Origin: Capsulimonadaceae bacterium
GTDB taxonomy: Bacteria; Armatimonadota; Armatimonadia; Armatimonadales; Capsulimonadaceae
Direction of reading: 5' to 3'
Assembly: GCA_965215505.1 (NCBI GenBank)
Contig: OZ244065.1
Coordinates: 2,880,001 to 2,944,000 of the forward strand
Length of the DNA stretch: 64,000 nt
The translations under genes and the position numbers were made by a program. Below, in pieces: positions 18,797 to 27,312 of this stretch. The notes beneath the pieces are model-generated. The model was given only the letters and a program-made list of their open reading frames with translations, did not search any database and was not told the origin of the DNA. How positions within the stretch are numbered: the stretch's first letter is position 1; every line of letters begins with the position of its first letter.

Positions 18797-21700
18797 TTAA
18801 GCCTTCTTCTTGCGCTTGGCGGCGACGACCATCCCGCCGAGGCCCAGGGCCAGCAGCAGGCCCAGGGAGACGGTCGTGGAGGCCTCGGGCACCGGAGCGC
18901 CGACCTTTGTCACCGTCAGGTCCAGCATCCCGCCGCCATTGGGGTTGGCGATGTTGGTCAGCTCGAACACGAAGCCGTTCTGGCCCTTGATCGTCCCCGA
19001 GATGTTGCTGTCGGGCATCTCGTTGGTGAAGTACTGGGTGAACCCGTTCACGGTGCTGCCGTCCGGCGTCAGTGTGCCGCTGTAGTCCAGGAAGGCGAAC
19101 TGTGTGCCGGTGCTGCCGGTCCCGGTGAACTGCGTCTGGTCCAGGTCGAAGACCCCCAGGGTGCCCCCGGTCGTAGTCTGACCGGAGACATTGAGCAGGT
19201 TGTGGAAGTTGTTGCCGAAGAACGCATCCAGCTCGCCGCCGCTGCCCTGGCTGAAGTTGCCGTTGATGTTCAGGGAGGCGAAGCCGGGTCCGCCGACGAC
19301 GGGCTGGACGATGCCGCCGTTGTTGATGATGTTGCCGTTGATCGTCTTGGACCCGCCGAGGACACCCCCGTTGAGGGTTTCCGAGGCGTTGAGGACGCCG
19401 AACACCTGGGTCAGCCCCGCCGTCTGGGTCAAGCCCTGGGTGAAGTTGACTGTCCCGCCGACCTGGACGGCGACCGTGCCACTGTTTGTGACGTTGCCAC
19501 TTGTGACGTTAAGGGTGGCCCCATTAGTCGCCTGCGCCGTGCCGGTGTTGTTAAAGGTGGACTGGTTGAGGACCAGGGTGTTGCCGGCGGAATTGGCATT
19601 GACCAGGCCGTTGTTAGTCAGTGTCGAGGGCGACGTGTCTTCCGAAACGTGCCCATAGCCCTGGAGCGTCCCCGTGCTGCCGAGGACCAGGTTCGCGTTG
19701 TTGCTCAGGCGCAGGCCGTAGCCGTCGCTGTTGACCGTCGCCAGGCTGATGGTCCCGTTCACTTTGTCCGTGCCCAGACTTGCTAGGTAGGCGTTCTGGT
19801 TGGCCCCGCCGGTCACGTTCAGGTTGCCGTTGACCGTCGTGCCGTTGAGGACGTTGTTACCGCTGCCGTTGAACACCAAGGCAGTGGCCGCGTCCGTGTT
19901 GATCGTCCCCAAAAGTGAGGCCCCGTTGACCTGGATCTGGCCCCCGCCCGAAGCCGTCAGCAGATTGTTTCCGGTCCCGGTGAACGTGCCTGTGATGCCC
20001 ACGACGCTACCCGCGCCCAATGCCGCCACCGTGGCCCCGGCGGCGTTGTTGGTCGTTCTGTTGAGTGAGAGCGTGCCGCCGTTCGTCGCCTCCGCCGTGC
20101 CGGCGTTGTTGAAGGTGCTCTCGGTCATCGTCAGCGCCGTCGTGCTGTTGTTGGCGTTGACCAGGCCATTGCTGGTGAAGGTCGAGGGCGACGTGTCCTC
20201 CGAGACGTGCCCGAACCCGGTCAGGCTGCTGCCGCTGTTAAGCACCAGCGTCGCGTTGTTGCTCAGGCGCAGCCCGTAGCCGTCGCTGTCGACCGTCCCC
20301 AGCGTGATCGCCCCGTTCACCGTGTCCGTCCCCAGCATCTGAAGGAAGGCGTTCTGGCTGGCCCCGTTGGTCACGTTGAGGTTGCCGTTGACCGTCGTGC
20401 CGTTGAGGACGTTGTTGCCACTAGGATTGAAGAACAGCGCCGTCGCCGCGTCGGTGTTGATCGTCCCCAGCAGCGAGGCCCCGTTGACCTGGATCTGCCC
20501 CCCGCCCGAAGCTGTCAGCAGGTTGGTGGCGCTGCTGCCCGTGCCCGTGAAGACGCCCGTGATGCCCACCAAGCTGCCCGCCCCGACGGCCTTGACCATG
20601 CCGCTGTTGTTGGTCGTTCTATTGAGTGAGAGCGTGCCGCCGTTCGTCGCCTCCGCCGTGCCGGCGTTGTTGAAGGTGCTCTCGGTCATCGTCAGCGCCG
20701 TCGTGCTGTTGTTGGCGTTGACCAGGCCATTGCTGGTGAAGGTCGAGGGCGACGTGTCCTCCGAGACGTGCCCGAACCCGGTCAGGCTGCTGCCGCTGTT
20801 AAGCACCAGCGTCGCGTTGTTGCTCAGGCGCAGCCCGTAGCCGTCGCTGTCGACCGTCCCCAGCGTGATCGCCCCGTTCACCGTGTCCGTCCCCAGCATC
20901 TGAAGGAAGGCGTTCTGGCTGGCCCCGTTGGTCACGTTGAGGTTGCCGTTGACCGTCGTGCCGTTGAGGACGTTGTTGCCACTAGGATTGAAGAACAGCG
21001 CCGTCGCCGCGTCGGTGTTGATCGTCCCCAGCAGCGAGGCCCCGTTGACCTGGATCTGGCCCCCGCCCGAAGCCGTCAGCAGATTGTTTCCGGTCCCGGT
21101 GAACGTGCCTGTGATGCCCACGACGCTACCCGCCCCCACCGCCGCCACTGTGGCCCCGGCGGCATTGTTGGTCTTATTATTGAGCGAGAGTGTGCCGCCG
21201 TTCGTCGCCTCCGCCGTCCCCTTGTTGTTGAAGGTCGTCTGGTTAAAGATCAGGGTGTTGCCGGCGGAGTTTGCGTTGACCAGGCCGTTGTTGATGAGCG
21301 TCGAGGGTGATGTGTCTTCGGAGACATGCCCATAGCCCTGGAGCGTGCTCGTTCCGCCCAGCACCAGGGTGGCGTTGTTGCTCAGGCGCAGGCCGTAGCC
21401 GTCGCTGTTGACCGTCGCCAGGCTGATGGTCCCGTTGACCGTGTCTGTGCCCAGCAGCGCCAGGTACGCGCCGTTGCCGGCCTGCGTCATGTCCAGGTTG
21501 CCGTTGAGCGTCGTGTTGTTGAAGAGGTTGCTGCCGTTGTTGCCGATCACAAGAGCCGTGGCCGCGTCGGTGTTGATCGTCCCCAGCAGCGAGGCCCCGT
21601 TGATCTGGATCTGGCCCCCGCCCGAGGCCGTCAGCAGGTTGCCGCTGGCCGCCGTGCCCGTCCCGGTGAACCTACCGGTGATGCCCACAACGCTGCCCGT

Positions 21701-23179
21701 TCCGCTGCCGTTGTTGCCGACAGCCTTGATCATGCCGCTGTTGTTGGTCGTGTTGTTGAGTGACAGGGTGCCGCCGCCCGTCGCCTCCGCCGTGGCTCCG
21801 GCGGCGTTGTTGAAGAAGGACTGATTGAAGATCAGCGCCCCGCCGGTCGCGTTGACCAGGCCGTTGTTGGTGAGCGTCGAGGGCGACGTGTCCTCCGAAA
21901 CGTGCCCGTAGCCCACCAGACTGCTGCCGCTGTTGAGGACCAGGGTGGCGTTGTTGCTCAGGCGCAGGCCGTAGCTGTCGCTGTTGACCGTCGCCAGGCT
22001 GATGGTCCCGTTGACCGTGTCTGTGCCCAGCAGCGCCAGGTACGCGCCGTTGCCGGCCTGCGTCATGTCCAGGTTGCCGTTGAGCGTCGTGTTGTTGAAG
22101 AGGTTGCTGCCGTTGTTGCCGATCACAAGAGCCGTGGCCGCGTCGGTGTTGATCGTCCCCAGCAGCGAGGCCCCGTTGATCTGGATCTGGCCCCCGCCCG
22201 AGGCCGTCAGCAGGTTGCCGCTGGCCGCCGTGCCCGTCCCGGTCAAGCTGCCGGTGATGCTCACGACACTGCCCGCGCCGGTCGCCTTGATCATGCCGCT
22301 GTTGGTGTTGGTGTGGCTGAGTGACAGGGTGCCGCCGCCCGTCGCCTCCGCCGTGGCTCCGGCGGCGTTGTTGAAGAAGGACTGATTGAAGATCAGCGCC
22401 CCGCCGGTCGCGTTGACCAGGCCGTTATTGATGAGCGTCGAGGGCGACGTATCCTCCGAGACATGCCCGTAGCCTTGAAGCGCACCCGTGCTGCCGATGA
22501 CCAGGGTGGCATTGTTGCTCAGGCGCAGGCCATAGCTGTCACTGCTGACCGTCGCCAGGTTGAGTGCCGCGTTCACCGTGTCGGTTCCCAGCATCGCCAG
22601 ATAGGCACCGTTGCCGGCCTGCGTCATGTCCACATTGGCGTTGACGATGGTATTGCTGAGGCTGTTGCTGCCATTGTTGGCGACTACCACGGAGGGCGCG
22701 GGCTGGCCGCTTTGCTGGACGCCGGCCTTGAGGGTGAAGTTGTTGACCTGGCCGCCGTTGAGGGTGAAGATGTTGTTGACTTGGAGCGTGCTGGCCGCAT
22801 TCGCCTTGTTGCCGGTGAACGTGCCGCCGTTGAGGGTGAAGGCACCGTCGCTGAGGAAGCTGTTAACGGTCGTGCCCTGGCCCAGGGTCATGGCGGCAGT
22901 GGTGAGGTTCTGGGCGTCGTCTCCCGCGCCGGGGTAGGAGGCCGGCAGGTTGTTGAGGGTCCAGTTCGAGGGGTTGGAGAACCAGTCCCCCGGCACGCCG
23001 TTCCAGGAGTAGGTGGCGGCGCGGGCGGGCTGGGCGGACGCCAGCCCCAGCCCGAGCAGGCCGGCGGCGACGCCCGCGCTGCGGAGGCGGCTGCCGCGCC
23101 CGAGGAGCCGGCGGCGGATGGTGATGCGCGCGGGCGGCGCGGGGGCGGCCTTGCGGTGAAGGAATGACGGAAGCGACAT
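18797..23179 (-). CDS. Giant beta-helix-like repeat surface protein with PEP-CTERM-type sorting signal (1460 aa)
   Basis: Signal ...AQPARA; six ~187-aa G/N/T-rich units (YGLRLSNNA...GHVSEDTSPST); C-terminus VPEASTTVSLGLLLALGLGGMVVAAKRKKKA. Confidence 0.88.
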   Translation of the reverse strand: MSLPSFLHRKAAPAPPARITIRRRLLGRGSRLRSAGVAAGLLGLGLASAQPARAATYSWNGVPGDWFSNPSNWTLNNLPASYPGAGDDAQNLTTAAMTLGQGTTVNSFLSDGAFTLNGGTFTGNKANAASTLQVNNIFTLNGGQVNNFTLKAGVQQSGQPAPSVVVANNGSNSLSNTIVNANVDMTQAGNGAYLAMLGTDTVNAALNLATVSSDSYGLRLSNNATLVIGSTGALQGYGHVSEDTSPSTLINNGLVNATGGALIFNQSFFNNAAGATAEATGGGTLSLSHTNTNSGMIKATGAGSVVSITGSLTGTGTAASGNLLTASGGGQIQINGASLLGTINTDAATALVIGNNGSNLFNNTTLNGNLDMTQAGNGAYLALLGTDTVNGTISLATVNSDSYGLRLSNNATLVLNSGSSLVGYGHVSEDTSPSTLTNNGLVNATGGALIFNQSFFNNAAGATAEATGGGTLSLNNTTNNSGMIKAVGNNGSGTGSVVGITGRFTGTGTAASGNLLTASGGGQIQINGASLLGTINTDAATALVIGNNGSNLFNNTTLNGNLDMTQAGNGAYLALLGTDTVNGTISLATVNSDGYGLRLSNNATLVLGGTSTLQGYGHVSEDTSPSTLINNGLVNANSAGNTLIFNQTTFNNKGTAEATNGGTLSLNNKTNNAAGATVAAVGAGSVVGITGTFTGTGNNLLTASGGGQIQVNGASLLGTINTDAATALFFNPSGNNVLNGTTVNGNLNVTNGASQNAFLQMLGTDTVNGAITLGTVDSDGYGLRLSNNATLVLNSGSSLTGFGHVSEDTSPSTFTSNGLVNANNSTTALTMTESTFNNAGTAEATNGGTLSLNRTTNNSGMVKAVGAGSLVGITGVFTGTGSSATNLLTASGGGQIQVNGASLLGTINTDAATALFFNPSGNNVLNGTTVNGNLNVTNGASQNAFLQMLGTDTVNGAITLGTVDSDGYGLRLSNNATLVLNSGSSLTGFGHVSEDTSPSTFTSNGLVNANNSTTALTMTESTFNNAGTAEATNGGTLSLNRTTNNAAGATVAALGAGSVVGITGTFTGTGNNLLTASGGGQIQVNGASLLGTINTDAATALVFNGSGNNVLNGTTVNGNLNVTGGANQNAYLASLGTDKVNGTISLATVNSDGYGLRLSNNANLVLGSTGTLQGYGHVSEDTSPSTLTNNGLVNANSAGNTLVLNQSTFNNTGTAQATNGATLNVTSGNVTNSGTVAVQVGGTVNFTQGLTQTAGLTQVFGVLNASETLNGGVLGGSKTINGNIINNGGIVQPVVGGPGFASLNINGNFSQGSGGELDAFFGNNFHNLLNVSGQTTTGGTLGVFDLDQTQFTGTGSTGTQFAFLDYSGTLTPDGSTVNGFTQYFTNEMPDSNISGTIKGQNGFVFELTNIANPNGGGMLDLTVTKVGAPVPEASTTVSLGLLLALGLGGMVVAAKRKKKA

Positions 23180-23322
23180 GAGCGGTTCTCCTTACTAATC
23201 CCCCATTGGTGTGGGGCTTCTTGGGTGTGGGCCACGGCGAGTCCTGCGGAACTCGTGACAAGATGGCAATAATGGAAATTATAGGCGCCACGCCCTCCCC
23301 TGTGGGGGCGCGAGGCGGCCGA

Positions 23323-23374
23323 CCGGACATCGTGTACGGCTTCATTGTACAGGGCTACCGTTACAGCACCGTTA
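23323..23374 (-). promoter_or_regulatory. Candidate SARP-type promoter with overlapping palindrome
   Basis: Minus strand TAACGGT-gctg-TAACGGT-7 nt-TACAAT; palindrome CCGGACA-tcg-TGTACGG at 23323-23339. Confidence 0.55.
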
Positions 23375-23622
23375 AATCAGTGTGAACCAGCATACAGCCG
23401 GGCGAGAAAACGGCAAAAAACCGGCATATTTTACAGTGAATCCATCCGCGGCATCGTTGTTTCGTGTAGAATAGAGACGAGCGGGCGGCGGCGCGCGTCA
23501 AACGCTCGCGCCATTGTAGCAAGCCGACGCGCCCGATACAATGCCCTATTAGGGTAAGATTTTGACGTTGGTGTTCCGGCCCACCCTTCGTTTGTTTCTG
23601 GGCCGCTGTCACGGGAATAAAG

Positions 23623-24597
23623 ATGCACCTGACATACCGGCCCGCCGCGGCGCAGGACGTGGAGGCCTGCCTGGAGATGCTGCCGCCCGGCTTCGCCTGT
23701 CCGGACTCGCTGCGCGCGCGGATGGCAGAGGCCTGGCGGAGCTGGCTGCGGGAGGGCGTCATGCAGATGACGGTCCTGGAGGACGGCGACCGCCCGCCGG
23801 GCGCGCGGCGGATCGCCTTCGGCAACAGCGTGTTCGTCGGGGAGGCGTTTGCCGAGGAGGCCAAGACGAGCCTGCCCCCGCCGCTGGGCGCGCAGGTCGT
23901 CCGCCGGTGGCGCGAGGGCCGCTCGCCGGTGCTTGGCCTGCCCGCCGTCCGGGCGGCGAACTCGGGGCCGGGTCTGACCCTGCTGATCCTGCACATCGGC
24001 TGGGTGCCCGCGCTGCCCGACGAGGAGGTCCGGTGGGCGAAGGGCAAGCTGCTGGAGGCCATGCTGTTCTTCTTCAGCGGCTACAAGCTGAGGGAAGTGC
24101 TGCAAGAGGTCTATTCGGAGGAGGAGCGGCAGCGGGGGCTTGCGGTCGGGGCGCGGGTCAAGAACGACCACGCGGCCTTCTACGAGGCCCGCCCCGACCT
24201 GCTGCCGCCGCCCGAGTGCCGGCCCTACCTGATCGGGGGCAGCCGCGAGGAGACGGCGGACGGCAGCTACCTGTCGCCGCTGTTTTTCTACAGTCCGCCA
24301 CGGTTCTTCTTCAAGACGGGGGAGCAAGAGGTGCTGCGCCTGGCCCTGCTGGACCGGAGCGACGAGGAGGCGGCGGACGGCCTGAGCGTGTCGCCGTCCA
24401 CCGTGCAGAAACGCTGGCGGACGGTCTACGAGCGCGTCGCCGCCGCCGAGCCGGGCTTTTTCCCCGCCGAGGGCGGCGCGGGCGCCCCGTCGGCGCGCGG
24501 GGCGGCGAAGCGTCGGCACCTGCTGGCCTACCTGCGCGCCCACCCCGAGGAGCTGCGGCCGGTCAGCCCGCCGAAGGCGAGGCCGGGTAAGGCCTGA
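23623..24597 (+). CDS. Uncharacterised regulator: GNAT-like N-terminus plus C-terminal LuxR-type HTH
   Basis: YRPAAAQDVEAC start; GEQEVLRLALLDRSDEEAADGLSVSPSTVQKRWRTVY HTH; ends LLAYLRAHPEELRP. Confidence 0.65.
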   Translation: MHLTYRPAAAQDVEACLEMLPPGFACPDSLRARMAEAWRSWLREGVMQMTVLEDGDRPPGARRIAFGNSVFVGEAFAEEAKTSLPPPLGAQVVRRWREGRSPVLGLPAVRAANSGPGLTLLILHIGWVPALPDEEVRWAKGKLLEAMLFFFSGYKLREVLQEVYSEEERQRGLAVGARVKNDHAAFYEARPDLLPPPECRPYLIGGSREETADGSYLSPLFFYSPPRFFFKTGEQEVLRLALLDRSDEEAADGLSVSPSTVQKRWRTVYERVAAAEPGFFPAEGGAGAPSARGAAKRRHLLAYLRAHPEELRPVSPPKARPGKA

Positions 24598-24605
24598 TTC
24601 ATCTT

Positions 24606-27245
24606 ATGGACACACCCTGGCGATTCCAGATGCTCGGCAGACTGAGCGCGGCGCGCGGCGACCGGGTCATCACCCGGTTCGCCTCGTCGCGGGCGGCGGC
24701 CCTGCTGGCGCGGCTGGCCCTCTTCCCGAGCCGCGCCCACCCGCGCGAGGAGCTGGCCGGGCTGCTGTGGCCCGGCGCGGAGCTTGACGCCTGCCGCCCC
24801 CGGCTGCGGGTCGTCCTGGCCTCCCTGCGCCGGCAGCTAGAGCCGCCCGACGTGCCGCCCGGAAGCGTCCTGGTCGCCGACCGGAGCGCCATCCGCCTCC
24901 ACCCGGACGCCTTCGGCTCGGACGTCGCCGAGTTCGAGGCCGCGCTCCGGGACGCGGGCCGCGCGCCGACCCCCGCCGGGGAGCGGGAGGCGCTGGACCG
25001 GGCGGTCGCGCTGTACGGCGGGGAGCTGCTGCCCGGCTTCTATGACGAGTGGGTGCTGGCGGAGCGGGAGCGGCTGGACTCGCTCCATGAGCAGGCCTGC
25101 GAGCGGAGGCAGGCCCTGCCCGCGCCGGACGGCGCGGCGGCGGGGCCGGAAGGGGAGACCACCGACCCGGACCTGCGCGGCTTCCCGCTCCAGTTCACCC
25201 GGTTCTTCGGGCGCGAGGACGAGTCGGCCCAGGTGGCCGACTGGCTGCGGTCCCCTGCCACACGGCTGGTGACGCTGACCGGGCCGGGCGGGGCGGGCAA
25301 GACGCGGCTGGCCGCCCACGCCGCCCGCGCGGCGTCGGGAGGCTTCCCCGGCCCGGTCTGCTTCGTCCCGCTGGCGGATCTGGCCGAGGCGTCCCTGCTC
25401 TGCGACGCCGTGCTGGGCGCGCTGGGCCTGCCGCGCGCGGCCACGCCCGGCCCGCTGGAGCAGGTCGTGGCCGCCCTGTCGGCCCAACCGCCCGCCCTGC
25501 TCGTGCTGGACAACTTCGAACACCTGGTCGGGCGCGGTGCGCCCCTGGTGTCCGCGCTGCTGACCCGCCTGCCCGCCCTGACCTGCCTGGTCACCTCGCG
25601 CCGTCGGCTCGCCCTGCCCGGCGAGCGCGAGTTCCCCGTGCCCCCCCTGCCCCAGCCGGACGCGGACGCGGCGGCCTCCGTCGTCGCCCGCGCGCCCAGC
25701 GCGCAGCTCTTCGTGGACCGCGCCCAGGCCGCCCGCCCCGACTTCCAGCTCACGCCCGGCAACGCCGCCGCCGTGGCCGCCTTGTGCCGGACCCTGGAAG
25801 GCCTCCCACTCGCCATCGAGCTGGTGGCGGCGCGGGCGATGACCCTGACCCCCGCCCAGATGAACGAGCGCCTGGCGCAGCGGTTCGCCCTGCTGACCAG
25901 CCGGCGCGGGGACAAGGGGACGCGGCACCGGTCGCTGTGGGCGGCCCTGGAATGGAGCCACGACCTGCTGCCCCCAGACCTAGGCCGGTTCTTCGCGGGC
26001 CTATCCGTCTTCCGGGGCGGCGGCACCGCCGAGGCGGCCCGGTCGGTCTGTGAGCAGCCCCAGGCGGTGGAGTTCCTGACGCAGCTCCGGGAGCGGTCCC
26101 TGCTGGTCATGGAGGACGTCAGTGAGGGCGGGTCGGAGGCGCGGCGGTTCCGGCTGCTCGAGACCCTGCGCGAGTTCGCCGCGGAACACCTGCCCCCCGA
26201 GGAGCGCCGCCCGCTCGCGCGCCGCCACGCCGACCACTTCCTATCCCTGGCCGAAGAAGCCGCGCCGCACCTGACCGGGCCGGATCAGGGCCTCTGGCTG
26301 GACCGGCTCGAGTCCGACCACGAAAACCTGCGCCGCGCCCTGGCTTATTGGCTTGAGGACGATGAGGGCGGGGACGAGGCGCTGAGGCTGTGCGGCGCGC
26401 TGTGGCGCTTCTGGGCCGTGCATGGGCACTACGCGAGCGGCCGGTCCTCGATCGAGAAGGCTCTAGCCCGCCCCGGCGGGCCGGCGGAGGCGCGCGCCCT
26501 GGCCGCGAACGGCGGGGGCAACCTGGCCAGCGAGCAGGCCGACTACGCCGCCGCCGAGGCCTGGTATGGGGAGAGTCTGGCGATCCTGCGAGCGTCGGGC
26601 CACACGGCGGGGGTCGCCGCCTGCCTGTCCAACCTGGGCCGGGTGGCGATGCACCGGGAGGACTACGACCGGGCGGAGGCGTTGCATGCCGAGGCGCTGG
26701 CCCTGCGGCGGGCGGACGGCCACAAGGGCGGCATCGCGTACACGGTGGAGTGCCAGGCGATCGTCGCCCAGCACCGGCGGGACACTGCCCGCGCGCGCGT
26801 CCTGCACGAAGAGGCGCTGGCGATCTGGGGGGAGACGGGGAACGACGGCGGGCGGATGTGGGCGCTGGGCAACCTGGCGGAGATCAACGCCGAGGAGGGC
26901 GACGATGAGGAGGCGGCGGCCCAGTACGCCGAGGCCCTTCGACTGTGCGTGATGCTGCAAGACCGGCACATGCTTTACAACCTGCTGGGCTGCTTCGCCG
27001 CGCTGGCCGCGCGCCGGGGCGATTGGGGCAAGGCCGCCACGCTGGCCGGTGCCTCGGACGGCCTGCGCCGCCGGGCCGGCCTGGGGATGCACGCGAACGA
27101 CGCCGCCGACCTTCATGCCGCGCTTGCCCCCGCCCGTGCGGGACTGAGCGGTCCCGAGTACGCCGCCGCCTGGGCCGCCGGGGAGGCCATGACGGCGGAC
27201 CAAGCCGTCGCCTATGCCCTGGAGGACGCCGTGCAGCAGCCATGA
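24606..27245 (+). CDS. AfsR/SARP-family regulator (wHTH-BTAD + STAND ATPase + TPR)
   Basis: REELAGLLWP, LYGGELLPGFYDEW (BTAD), GPGGAGKT Walker A, LLVLDNFEH, GLPLAIEL, C-terminal TPRs. Confidence 0.92.
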   Translation: MDTPWRFQMLGRLSAARGDRVITRFASSRAAALLARLALFPSRAHPREELAGLLWPGAELDACRPRLRVVLASLRRQLEPPDVPPGSVLVADRSAIRLHPDAFGSDVAEFEAALRDAGRAPTPAGEREALDRAVALYGGELLPGFYDEWVLAERERLDSLHEQACERRQALPAPDGAAAGPEGETTDPDLRGFPLQFTRFFGREDESAQVADWLRSPATRLVTLTGPGGAGKTRLAAHAARAASGGFPGPVCFVPLADLAEASLLCDAVLGALGLPRAATPGPLEQVVAALSAQPPALLVLDNFEHLVGRGAPLVSALLTRLPALTCLVTSRRRLALPGEREFPVPPLPQPDADAAASVVARAPSAQLFVDRAQAARPDFQLTPGNAAAVAALCRTLEGLPLAIELVAARAMTLTPAQMNERLAQRFALLTSRRGDKGTRHRSLWAALEWSHDLLPPDLGRFFAGLSVFRGGGTAEAARSVCEQPQAVEFLTQLRERSLLVMEDVSEGGSEARRFRLLETLREFAAEHLPPEERRPLARRHADHFLSLAEEAAPHLTGPDQGLWLDRLESDHENLRRALAYWLEDDEGGDEALRLCGALWRFWAVHGHYASGRSSIEKALARPGGPAEARALAANGGGNLASEQADYAAAEAWYGESLAILRASGHTAGVAACLSNLGRVAMHREDYDRAEALHAEALALRRADGHKGGIAYTVECQAIVAQHRRDTARARVLHEEALAIWGETGNDGGRMWALGNLAEINAEEGDDEEAAAQYAEALRLCVMLQDRHMLYNLLGCFAALAARRGDWGKAATLAGASDGLRRRAGLGMHANDAADLHAALAPARAGLSGPEYAAAWAAGEAMTADQAVAYALEDAVQQP

Positions 27246-27261
27246 CATCGGCGGAAGGAAT

Positions 27262-27290
27262 AGGCCCGGCGCATGATGCGCCGGGCCTTT
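27262..27290. terminator. Intrinsic terminator between convergent genes
   Basis: AGGCCCGGCGCA-tga-TGCGCCGGGCCT-TT. Confidence 0.7.
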
Positions 27291-27312
27291 ATCGGTTCCC
27301 CCTGTCGTCGCC

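Noticed and set aside
23245-23260. Sigma54-like element TGTCACGAGTTCCGCA upstream of the giant PEP-CTERM gene
   Set aside because: The invariant -24 GG is GT and the TT before -12 is missing
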